Assembly: GCF_001194135.2 (NCBI RefSeq)
Contig: NC_069003.1
Location: 35,141,261-35,185,068, forward strand
Length of the DNA stretch: 43,808 nucleotides
From: Octopus bimaculoides
Lineage: Eukaryota
Reading direction: 5' to 3'
The notes beneath the pieces were generated by a model that was not told the origin of the DNA, did not search any database, and saw only the letters and a list, made by a program, of their open reading frames with translations. A program made the translations under genes and the position numbers. Below are positions 26,001 to 35,013 of this stretch, one piece after another (positions within the stretch are counted from its first letter, which is position 1; each line of letters begins with the position of its first letter).

Positions 26001-29000
26001 TTAAAGATGCATGAACATACTTTTTAGTTTTGGATAAATTCGTTTATTTGAAGTTTTAAATTTAAGATTCACACAGATATCAAGAAAAAGGAAAGAGGTT
26101 AAAGAGTAAAGCAGAAGGTGGAGGTAAGGGGGGGGTAGATGGTGCAGTGCTCAGCTGTGCGTCGTAGCAATGACAATGCTGTGGGGAATGGCCAGTAGCA
26201 CTTGCAGCAGCAGCCACTCAAGGTTCATTTCTCTCTATTTTGCAGAGGAAATAGGACAGTACAGGGTCCTACAACACCTAATGTCACAACAGCAATGGGC
26301 ACGGCTCCTGTATATTCCAATTCTTTTCTTAGCGTTATGAGTGGTGGCACCAGGTTGCAGCTGGAGAATGTGTTGCTGCACATTGTGTACCAGACTAGAG
26401 ATCTGCCTCCCTCAAATGGGGAAACGGTTATCCTGCTGGTTCACATTGAGATGGGAAGCCAGCTGCGTTAAAGGCCCTTCTGATTATATCATTCAGAGTG
26501 GTGTGACGGGGGAGGAATTGGCCCACAGGGACATTCACAAAGCTCACACATGCAGAGACCAATACAGTAACACTCATCATTTAGAAGGGTACCTGTAGAT
26601 GAGGAGGGCAACAAACTGAGCCATGCGAGAGTATTTGGCTGTGAGGCAGGCAAGGTGGTGCCGGCCTAGAGACGTTTCTAGCCACTTGAGGATGGACTTG
26701 CATTTGGTGTCCTCCCAGTTGCATTGGACATCCATATTCTGGGGGACTGCAACTCCATTAGCGTTCCATTCAGCTAGGGCCAAATCTGGTAACTGGACCA
26801 CATCGGGTTCAGTTATCCTTTGGACTATCTCGCCAATGAGGGTGCGGCGGCTGGAGGAGACTGAGGAAAGATAGGCCAGCAGGGCTTAGGTCTACTGCAG
26901 ACTGGAGACCAAGGCCACTGTTGTCAAAACTGACATTGCAGATCAGATGATGTTACTGAAATCACCAAGGCAGTCTGAGAGGGTGATATGGCACACTACA
27001 TAGTGAGAAAAGCATCGACAGAGTGAAGCAATTCGCCAAGAGAAAGGGTGCCGGGAGCGCACCAGTGAAATCCTAAATAAAGGCAGAAAATTATATTATA
27101 TATTCGATTTGTTGTATAAATCTGGAGACAGCCGAAGTATTATGACTGGAATAATAAATATGATATTGACTTATTTAATGTTTCATGAGAGAGCTGAATA
27201 GTCAAACGCACACTCACATTTTATATATATCAACTAACCCAGAGGTTTATTAATAGTTTTATGGCACTGGGTGGGGTGAATGCATATGTATGAAACTTTT
27301 CCAAGAAACAGGAGATTCTCAGAAATTTACTTTCACTTTTTTACAATACAGATTACTTTATTGACTATAATATTTATTTATTCACAACTTTTTAATAATT
27401 CCTGTATCACCTGGTAGCTCTGAGATTTTTGAGAATGACATTTTAAGGTAGATGTGGGAGGTCAGATTTGACACCTATTACACTCTCGGAGTGGTTGACG
27501 TTAGGAAGGGTGTTAGAAACCATGCCAAATCAGACAGGAGTCTGGTGCAGCCCCTCAGCTTACCAGCTCTGGTCAAACCGTCCAACACATACCAGCATGG
27601 ACAACAAACGTCAAATGATGATGATGATGATGATGTTTCAATGCCCTATGGTTTGTTGGGAGGAGCCCTCATAGATACCTACGTGTAAGTATGTGAATTG
27701 CTGGGGCAAGTGAAAGCGAAATCGTGACGGCAGCTGTACCAGTGGAACGCTAAGAGCACCGTCCGAGTGTGATCGTTACCAGCGTTGCCTTACTGGCACT
27801 TGTGCCGGTGACAGGTGAATAAAACATTCGAGCGATGTCGTTGCCAGTGCCTCTGGACTGGCTCCTGTGCAGGTGGCACGTAAAATACACCATTTTGAGC
27901 GTGGCTGTTGCCAGTACTTCCTGACTGGCCTTCGTACCGGTGGCATGTAAAAGCACCCACTACACTCTCGGAGTGGTTGGCGTTAGGAAGGGCATCCTGC
28001 TGTAGAAACTGTCAAATCAGATTGGAGCCTGGTGTAGCCATCTGGTTCACCAGTCCTCAGTCAAATCGTCCAACCCATGCTAGCATGGAAGGCGGACGTT
28101 AAACGATGATGATGATTTATATTTGACAGAAAAATACGTTTAAATACTTTTAAGTCTAACCACGATTAAAAATGGGGCGGGAAGAAATTTAACATATGTT
28201 ATTGCTAAGAACGTGCAACCTAGTCTTTTGTGATAATATTAATTATTTCGTAATTATCAAAGACTATAAAGAAAATTGACAAATATTGCTAGACAACTGA
28301 AAGTGGAGGCTCAAGTCTCCCAATCAGGCAACTCAGTAAGAACAATATGGCCAAAACGCCAAACGGCTATTATTACGGTGCGCGCTCTCTCGACCTGTAA
28401 GACCTCAACAATAACATTACCAGGCGCATAAACTGGGTGTTGTGTAGACAGGTACAGATGTTTATTATATACAACTACCACTATTAATGCATAAGACACA
28501 CATTTTGTTTTCCTTTCTCAGCAGATGGCCCGAAGTTTCGAGGGGAGGGGCTAATTGAGAACATTCATCCCAGTTACACATTTTTGTCTATCCCGAAACG
28601 ATGAAAGGTAAACTATTACTTTACAAGATATGGCCATCACTTAGATAAAGCAAAGAAATACATTAAAAGACCTCATATTGGACCCAACCTACCAACAATG
28701 GTAAATTTTTTGAGTAACACCCGCACGATTTCCACTAGGTAAAAAAATCGAATTTTTTGCGTGGAATCAAGTACCCTGACCTCCTAATATGCAGCAGATC
28801 CCTTATTTTGGGTCGGAAAAAATAAAAGTGGGTACTTGATTCCACGCAAAAAATCCGTTTTTTTTTTTTTTCCCCTAAGTGAAAATCGTGCTGGTGGGGG
28901 TGAAATTTCCGAGGTTTCCACTTTCACCTCATTCCGTTTTTAGGACCCAAATAGGGTTGCATATTAGATCACAGGAATTCNNNNNNNNNNNNNNNNNNNN

Positions 29001-31160
29001 NNNNNNNNNNNNNNNNNNNNNNNNNNNNNNNNNNNNNNNNNNNNNNNNNNNNNNNNNNNNNNNNNNNNNNNNNNNNNNNNNNNNNNNNNNNNNNNNNNNN
29101 NNNNNNNNNNNNNNNNNNNNNNNNNNNNNNNNNNNNNNNNNNNNNNNNNNNNNNNNNNNNNNNNNNNNNNNNNNNNNNNNNNNNNNNNNNNNNNNNNNNN
29201 NNNNNNNNNNNNNNNNNNNNNNNNNNNNNNNNNNNNNNNNNNNNNNNNNNNNNNNNNNNNNNNNNNNNNNNNNNNNNNNNNNNNNNNNNNNNNNNNNNNN
29301 NNNNNNNNNNNNNNNNNNNNNNNNNNNNNNNNNNNNNNNNNNNNNNNNNNNNNNNNNNNNNNNNNNNNNNNNNNNNNNNNNNNNNNNNNNNNNNNNNNNN
29401 NNNNNNNNNNNNNNNNNNNNNNNNNNNNNNNNNNNNNNNNNNNNNNNNNNNNNNNNNNNNNNNNNNNNNNNNNNNNNNNNNNNNNNNNNNNNNNNNNNNN
29501 NNNNNNNNNNNNNAAAAAAATAAAAAACGTCCAACTTGATAGATCGGTCTCTCGTTTCTATTGTGTAACCGCAAGCCAGGACGGACCCAGAAGAGATCTG
29601 GCCGGAACTAAAAGCTTTTCAATTATCACAACCCCGTTTTTCTGGGTTTATTTTTTTCAGAAGAAACTATATGCTTTAGAATTTAAGGGACATTTGGCTG
29701 TTATTTCTAAACTGGTGAAGCAGCCACGTGTGAGTGTGGGATCGATCGTTGGTCCGACGCATTATGTGGATTTAAGTTTAGTTTAGTTTCAATTTCCACA
29801 GTTTTAAGTATTTATTCCACGCCCAAAGATAAGATGGAACCACGAAGAAGGCAGGAGGAAGGTCCCATGCCGAGGTGAGATGGAAATTTAGAAGAAAAAG
29901 CGTTAATAACCAACATTAAAAATGCCAAAAAGGAAAAAAAGATATTCATCAAAGAAAGGTGCTGATATAATGGCTTTAATTTTTATTTAAATTATTTTCT
30001 TTCAATAATAAGTTGTAGTAGAAAGTACACATGGAGATATATTTACTGTAAACATACGTTAGAGTACAGAAGACTGACACATGGAGGAGAATCAAGTACA
30101 CGTAGTAGAGTACAATACGGACTGTGACTCATGGATGCATTTATAGAGGATATGTCCTAATAGAGTAAAGTACAGACAGACTGGTACACGCCGACATCTT
30201 ATAGTAAGACATACAACACAACATGATAAGAGTACAGAAGACACATGGAGACATAGTAAATAGACATGGAGACATAGTAAGGAGTGAATATGCAGGAGCG
30301 TATGGACGGACACATGGGAAACGTTTAGAGAAGAGATATGCAAAGTGGAGTACAGTAATGGAGTCGTATATATAAAGAGATATAAAATGATTAAAAAAAA
30401 GTTGAGTAAGAAATAAAAAAAAAATGCAGCAATTTTAGCGCCGGCGCCGCATTGCAAAGGCGAGCTTCCGGCAAGCCGGCGATCCAGTTTCGATTTCCAT
30501 TTTAAGCAACCTTGATTTTATTTCATGGAATTCCATTGATATCGTGAATGGCCATTTAAAAATGGAGAAATATTAAAGAACAAACAAAAAAATCCCCCAG
30601 TAATTTCGCCATTGACCCTTGGTGGAGGATGAACGGCAAAACTGACAGAAGGATGGTTTGAACTTAAAATGGTTAATGCCGCAGGCATTTTGGTTTGATG
30701 CTCAAACGGTTTTTCTTCTTTTTTCCAACAAAACTTTAGACATTTTTTTCCTTCCACCAAAATTCATCCACAGACATTATTTAAAATAAAGTGGTGGAGT
30801 TGCAAAGACATGGCTATCATCACGTCTTATCAATTGTAATTCCATGCAACGAGATTAAGATTATCCATAAAAGAAACCGACACAAAATAATTTCAAAAAG
30901 AAAATAGGAAATCTAAATAAAATTCTCAACATAGTTGCAACACATCATATATTTATAATATTCGTGTATATATATATACATATGTATGTATGTATATATA
31001 TATATATATATATAAAGAAGGTTCCTATATAACTTACTTGGACATTAATATCACCGGATCCGGTGAACGTGAATGCCTCCAAATCTGGCTGAAACAGCAG
31101 GGCATAGTTGATGGGTATAACAGATGAAGGTAGGTGTTCGAACGGACGTCTCTCAGCCAT
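12435..31160 (-). CDS. NPEPPS: Puromycin-sensitive aminopeptidase (M1 zinc aminopeptidase), complete 21-exon CDS, 2607 nt / 868 aa
   Basis: Exons (minus): 31038-31160, 25099-25174, 24482-24561, 24136-24261, 23471-23578, 22443-22643, 21899-21995, 20940-21088, 20165-20329, 19478-19582, 18746-18901, 17644-17722, 16775-16911, 15911-16045, 15131-15350, 14579-14721, 14314-14370, 13829-13936, 13247-13399, 12894-12941, 12435-12575. All junctions GT-AG, phases compatible, no internal stop. Starts [11 protein letters not shown]; contains [45 protein letters not shown]; colinear with vertebrate NPEPPS as I recall it. Confidence 0.97.
12894..12941 (-). CDS. NPEPPS: NPEPPS exon 20 ([16 protein letters not shown])
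   Basis: tttcag|TTC ... GAG|gtaagt; 48 nt. Confidence 0.9.
13247..13399 (-). CDS. NPEPPS: NPEPPS exon 19 ([12 protein letters not shown]...[13 protein letters not shown])
   Basis: gttcag|GAT ... AAG|gtaagc; 153 nt. Confidence 0.95.
13829..13936 (-). CDS. NPEPPS: NPEPPS exon 18 ([10 protein letters not shown]...LQFAIS)
   Basis: cttcag|TTG ... TCT|gtaagt; 108 nt. Confidence 0.93.
13976..14136. repeat. (AG)n microsatellite
   Basis: Direct reading. Confidence 0.95.
14314..14370 (-). CDS. NPEPPS: NPEPPS exon 17 ([19 protein letters not shown])
   Basis: taatag|GTT ... GAG|gtaagt; 57 nt. Confidence 0.9.
14579..14721 (-). CDS. NPEPPS: NPEPPS exon 16 ([11 protein letters not shown]...ADLKSP)
   Basis: ttccag|AT ... 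CCT|gtaagt; 143 nt. Confidence 0.94.
15131..15350 (-). CDS. NPEPPS: NPEPPS exon 15 ([12 protein letters not shown]...GWEATKEE)
   Basis: tttcag|TCT ... GAG A|gttagt; 220 nt. Confidence 0.94.
15911..16045 (-). CDS. NPEPPS: NPEPPS exon 14 ([14 protein letters not shown]...QSDLFAL)
   Basis: tttcag|TTA ... TTG|gtaagt; 135 nt. Confidence 0.93.
16775..16911 (-). CDS. NPEPPS: NPEPPS exon 13 (KTSRWMIPI...VKPDEWVL)
   Basis: tttcag|AT ... TTG|gtgagt; 137 nt. Confidence 0.92.
17644..17722 (-). CDS. NPEPPS: NPEPPS exon 12 ([26 protein letters not shown])
   Basis: ttccag|GTC ... GAA G|gtaaaa; 79 nt. Confidence 0.9.
18056..18275 (-). mobile_element. SINE family A copy
   Basis: Same consensus as the 21570-21773 copy. 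Confidence 0.85.
18746..18901 (-). CDS. NPEPPS: NPEPPS exon 11 (DFKKGM...QMGYPVVK)
   Basis: tttcag|GAT ... AAA|gtaagg; 156 nt. Confidence 0.95.
19478..19582 (-). CDS. NPEPPS: NPEPPS exon 10 ([35 protein letters not shown])
   Basis: tcccag|GTT ... ACT|gtaagt; 105 nt; includes the conserved catalytic Tyr. Confidence 0.95.
20165..20329 (-). CDS. NPEPPS: NPEPPS exon 9 ([13 protein letters not shown]...SHPIE; third Zn ligand)
   Basis: ttacag|GAA ... GAG|gtattt; 165 nt. Confidence 0.96.
20361..20530 (-). mobile_element. SINE family A copy (internally deleted)
   Basis: Shared head and tail sequence. Confidence 0.75.
20940..21088 (-). CDS. NPEPPS: NPEPPS exon 8 (GAMEN and HELAH motifs)
   Basis: ttgcag|GT GCC ATG ... 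ATG|gtaagt; 149 nt. Confidence 0.97.
21289..21773 (-). mobile_element. Three tandem copies of tRNA-derived SINE family A (about 21289-21356, 21369-21542, 21570-21773)
   Basis: Head AAGGCGGCGAACTGGCAGAATCGTTAGC..CTGAGTTCAAATTCCACCGAGGTC with A/B boxes; separated by (AAT)n. Confidence 0.85.
21899..21995 (-). CDS. NPEPPS: NPEPPS exon 7 ([32 protein letters not shown])
   Basis: ttgcag|GTA ... AGT G|gtcagt; 97 nt. Confidence 0.93.
22208..22411. mobile_element. piggyBac-type MITE with TTAA target duplication
   Basis: TTAA|CCCTTTCATTAC ... CTAACAAAAGGG|TTAA (TTAA at 22204-22207 and 22412-22415). Confidence 0.8.
22443..22643 (-). CDS. NPEPPS: NPEPPS exon 6 (PVTEEK...MSTYLLAF...QFALD)
   Basis: tttcag|CCA ... 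GAC|gtaagt; 201 nt. Confidence 0.95.
23471..23578 (-). CDS. NPEPPS: NPEPPS exon 5 ([14 protein letters not shown]...SNM)
   Basis: caccag|TCG ... ATG|gtaaga; 108 nt. Confidence 0.95.
24136..24261 (-). CDS. NPEPPS: NPEPPS exon 4 ([10 protein letters not shown]...AVTQFE)
   Basis: ttgcag|ATT ... GAG|gtaggt; 126 nt. Confidence 0.93.
24482..24561 (-). CDS. NPEPPS: NPEPPS exon 3 ([26 protein letters not shown])
   Basis: ttacag|GT ... AAG|gtatgt; 80 nt. Confidence 0.88.
25099..25174 (-). CDS. NPEPPS: NPEPPS exon 2 ([25 protein letters not shown])
   Basis: ttgcag|ATC ... GAA G|gtgagt; 76 nt; not in ORF track. Confidence 0.88.
26150..27075 (-). mobile_element. Decayed CRE-clade non-LTR retrotransposon fragment (RT C-terminus to restriction-like endonuclease region)
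   Basis: Hand translation across stops/frameshifts: [103 protein letters not shown]; this order matches CRE-like elements as I recall them. Confidence 0.75.
27450..28115 (+). mobile_element. Two adjacent RTE-tail-type non-autonomous retroposons ending in (GAT)n
   Basis: Both carry TACACTCTCGGAGTGGTTG(A/G)CGTTAGGAAGGG..CGTCCAAC..AGCATGGA..(GAT)n (27450-27635 and 27950-28115); an antisense copy lies at about 37370-37515. Confidence 0.75.
28724..28890. repeat. Inverted repeat with perfect 24-bp core
   Basis: TTTTTTGCGTGGAATCAAGTACCC (28753-28776) / GGGTACTTGATTCCACGCAAAAAA (28830-28853), extended by imperfect flanks. Confidence 0.85.
28981..29514. other. Assembly gap (N run); other gaps at 1296-1305, 4229-4238, 10863-11032
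   Basis: Direct reading. Confidence 0.99.
31038..31160 (-). CDS. NPEPPS: NPEPPS coding exon 1 (MAERRPFEH...DINVQ)
   Basis: ATG at 31160; donor CAA|gtaagt; 123 nt. Confidence 0.93.
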
Positions 31161-31950
31161 GTCTCAGGGTCTTCTAATTAACGATGATGTTGGTGGCAAT
31201 GAATGACAATGGTGGCGCGAGCAGCAGCGGCGTTGGTGCAGGTGGTAGTAATAAATGGTGAATGAAGTGGCAGCTTTTTTCAGAAAGCTAAAATAAATAA
31301 CAACAAGCCGGAGTCGATTGACTGTTGTTGAATGAGAGACTATAAAAAAAAAGCAGACTGTGAGATGTAAGACAAGCAATGAATGAGAATATGCGGTACA
31401 AATGGGGGGTATATCCCCGGGTGTTGAAATATATATAGATATATGGATATAGAGAGAGAGGGGGAGGGGAAACGAATGAAGGGGAGGGAAAGAGATATAA
31501 CCAGAGAAGAAGAGGGAGGGAAAGTGAGAATAAAGGGGAGGGAGAGAGAACAGATATAACGAAAAGAGCGAGAGAAGAGGGAGATATAATGAGAGAACGA
31601 GAGAGGTGGAGGATAAGACATTATGAGGGAGGTGGATGCGGGGAGGGAGCGGTGGTAGAATTGCATTGTGACAAAACATTAATGGGAACGAGGCTGCTTT
31701 CTCGTGACAGTTTCAGATTCAACCGCTGTCATATTGTCGTTATTAATGTTTTTTTTATTCTGTAGAATGTAACATTTTTGAGTTATGTTTCAAGTTTTTG
31801 AATTAAACTTTCTGTTACTTTTGCATTTCTTAAAAATTCACCAACAAAATTTCAAATAAAACCCCCTCCTACCAAGTAACGTTAATCACACATGAAAGAG
31901 ACTTCAATATTTAAGTCTTTTGGGAGATTTCAGCACCTAATTACATTAAC
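31161..31950. promoter_or_regulatory. Probable NPEPPS 5' UTR / promoter, possibly bidirectional with TRMT10B
   Basis: Head-to-head gene arrangement; locally CpG-richer unique sequence and a strand-asymmetric GA tract (31440-31660); TSS not determinable. Confidence 0.4.
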
Positions 31951-32959
31951 TTCTTCTGGCGGCAACCAGGCATCATCATCATCGACAATGGTGTAAACTA
32001 ATTTATTTGCTGAAGTTGCAGAATCATCATCTCTCTTGTTTGTATGATATTTTTGTTGTTTAATGTAGACAATCGTCCCATAATTTAAAAAAAAAAAGAC
32101 AAAATTGAATGTATAAAAGCATCCTGGTGTACACGAAATGCCGAAACGAAACCATTGTTTACAAATTGCATCTTATTGAAATTTCTGCCGGCTTTTATAC
32201 TTCATTAATTAATGTGGTTTTGTAAGTGTTGCTTCTAATTGAATATTTCTAAGTTACCGAAAAGCTTTTTCCTCATAATATACAAGTCCTTAAAACTCAT
32301 ATACCTATCGAACATGTAATTTTTTGTTTCCTGTCTCTTATTGTGCATGAGATAGAATAAAACCGTTTTTTTTTTAATGAACTCCTCGTAGTACACGTGC
32401 TTTTAAAATGAAAAGAAATTCTCTACCTTGAGTAGAAAAAGACTAAACTATTTTTTATTTTCGTTTCGCTATTTTAAATAAACCACTTTGTTTCTATTCA
32501 TTCCCTATATTTTGTAAAATACGCCGCTATTCTAATTCACTTTGGTAGACTGTGGTCCTCGACAGGTTTCGAAATAGCAATAAGGTATATTTTACTGACT
32601 AGAAATATCAACAAGATCTCTTAGTCATATTATTTCTGTCGTAGAAAAGGGAAGGACATCTGGCATTCAAAATGGACCGGTCCGGAACGTTTTTGGTCAG
32701 AGGCCTGCTTGATCAGTGTTTGACGATAAACAGTCACACGTGTCCTAAAGGCGATTTCTACATAAATGCTTATCGTCTTTCTTTTAATAAATATAATAAT
32801 TTTTTCTTTAATTCATTTGTGTTATACTTTTTTTGGTGTGACAGCTTAAAAAAATCCAGGTTTTTGATCTGACCCGGTAATTAAACAGGTTGATAATTAT
32901 TGACCTCTCAGAGCCTTTTAACCACTTCCCATGGCGTAAACGTGACCGAGATCACAACG

Positions 32960-33135
32960 CAACTCCTGAACGGGACGCTAGTCTGTCTCTGATTTATGTA
33001 TTTAGGGCTGAATGTCTTGGAGTGAACGGAAATAAAGTGTTTTGCTCAAGAATACAATGCACCAACCAGTTCGCGAATCGAAACCACGATCGCGAGATCG
33101 TAAATGCAACACTATAGTCATTAGGCTACGCCCCT
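32960..33135 (-). mobile_element. tRNA-derived SINE, further family
   Basis: GGGGCGTAGCCTAATG..GTGGTTTCGATTCG head followed by CTTGAGCAAAACACTTTATT; related copies about 5000-5120(-), 15505-15600(+), 36440-36500(+). Confidence 0.7.
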
Positions 33136-34216
33136 CCACCTGAATGCTCGACCTGCTAAAAATAACAGCTGAGTGACATCTTACCGTCAAAAGAAAGGAC
33201 ACATTAGATAATGTACTCGTAGATACACAATGTCTGAATATAGGACTGTGTGGTCATGACCGGAGAGCAAAAGATCATAGATTTTTCTGCTCGATCAAGG
33301 TTAACCTAGGGCGAAACAACAACGAAGAGTGTTGTTTAAAGCCCAACGGAAGTCGTGATGGTCTGTATTGGTACAGCTAACAGGTAGATTCGAACGTGAA
33401 TATGCTAATCTCTGAAGTGTTGTGTTACAGAACAGCTTCTATATGACGAATGTGTTCCAAACGCTTTTGATTCATTAGCACAAGGGACTCCGAGATAGCT
33501 GCAGTTTCAACATTATTGTGTCTCATCAGCCTAGACTAATGAATTTAACAGATTCGAAACCCTTGTTTATAACTTCAGTGAACAAACTGTTTGCTGATCC
33601 GTGTTGATATCCGTCGACAAAGCAATTTTCATTGTCATGTCTTGTTATATACCCAAGGCTTCTTTGTCAAGAGTGTTCTCTCTGTTTTCACAAGGTGGAT
33701 TTTAATTTGAGAGAACTTGTTTGCTATTTCTAGGGAGAGGGAACAGGTAAATTGAGGGACTTTTGTTAGATTGTGTGTTATTGTTTGGCCCCAGGCCAAC
33801 AAACCTATGACCAAAATCTTTTCAGAAACAGTTGTCACATCTTGGAAAGGATCATCGTCTATTCCATGGCCTTCTCTTTTTTTAAGACAGGGAAGTGTGA
33901 TATTAGTGCGATTTGACTGCTGTTTCTAGTTGGTTGAACCACTGAACAGATTGGTGATGAGAGAGGTCAGTTTCTGAAGTTTTAACCAGGATATTACCTT
34001 CAGGATTCATTTCCGGAACCTAGCAGCATTACTTTAAATTGGTTTGATTTTACTAACAGATGCATCAGTAAGATGTTGAAGTCAGCTGGATAGATATAAA
34101 TGCAAACGTACCTGTGTGGTAAGAAGCTTGCTTTCCAACCACATGGTTCTGAGTTCAGTCCCACTGCGTGGTACCTTGTGAGTGGATTTGGTAGATGGAA
34201 ACTGAAAGAAGCCTGT

Positions 34217-34257
<41 letters not shown>

Positions 34258-34345
34258 GAGAATATACAAATAATAACAACAGACGAGGACAGGTGGTGTA
34301 AATAACAAAAGGATATATTAGTATGACGCTCGGGAATACGGAAAG

Positions 34346-34382
34346 TCTTTGACGTTTCGAGCTACGCTCTTCAACAGAAAGA
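34346..34382 (-). ncRNA. Minimal type-I hammerhead ribozyme-like motif (Penelope-type variant)
   Basis: TCTTT-CTGTTGA-A-GAGC gta GCTC-GAAAC-GTC-AAAGA: 5-bp stem I, 4-bp stem II, palindromic ACGT stem III, GUC cleavage triplet; non-canonical U at core position 6. Confidence 0.6.
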
Positions 34383-34645
34383 ATACGGAGACAAGGAGAA
34401 AAACACTTCTCCTACATTTCGCACACAACAAACTTTGAATATACCCTTTAACACTCTGAAGAGATCGGCCAAACTACTGGCTGGATCAAAACATGCGGAA
34501 GTGACTATGACATAATATACAAAATGACTCATTACATTACCTAAACCTCCACACTGACTCGTTTCACAAGCTCCACATAATAAAACAACGGCTATCTAGT
34601 CCAACGAAACTGCTTTTTCTTGTATTTGTTGCTCCATTCTCCAAG

Positions 34646-34686
<41 letters not shown>

Positions 34687-34692
34687 GTATAT

Positions 34693-35013
34693 AGGCAAAT
34701 AAGAAAATAGAGAGGATAAACAATCGACAAACATCAGCCTGTTTATTTATTAATTATTTATTTATTAATTGATTACAATCATATGAACAAGTGATCCAAA
34801 TAGACGAATTAGAATAAATGAGTGTATTTGTACACTCATTTATTCATTTATTTTTATTTATCTATTTATTTACTTATTTATTTGCTTATTTCCATTTGTT
34901 TATTTCGATCACTCATACATAATGATTGCAATCAATTAATAGATAGATATAATTGAATGTTTACAGGTCTGATGTTTGTCGATTGCTTATCGTCTCCATT
35001 TTCTTATTTGCCT
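34693..35013. repeat. About 320-bp foldback (MITE-like) with a central perfect 15-bp hairpin
   Basis: Arms AGGCAAATAAGAAAAT..CAATCGACAAACATCAG.. and its reverse complement ending 35013; 34812-34826 pairs with 34831-34845. Confidence 0.85.

Noticed and set aside
28879-29574. About 200-aa ORFs; also 10820-11080
   Set aside because: Composed of X residues from N gaps.
30518-30760. Minus-strand ORF containing EEKPFEH, resembling NPEPPS ERRPFEH (alternative first exon?)
   Set aside because: Similarity is limited to 4-5 residues, the nucleotide sequence is unrelated, and I found no in-frame donor.
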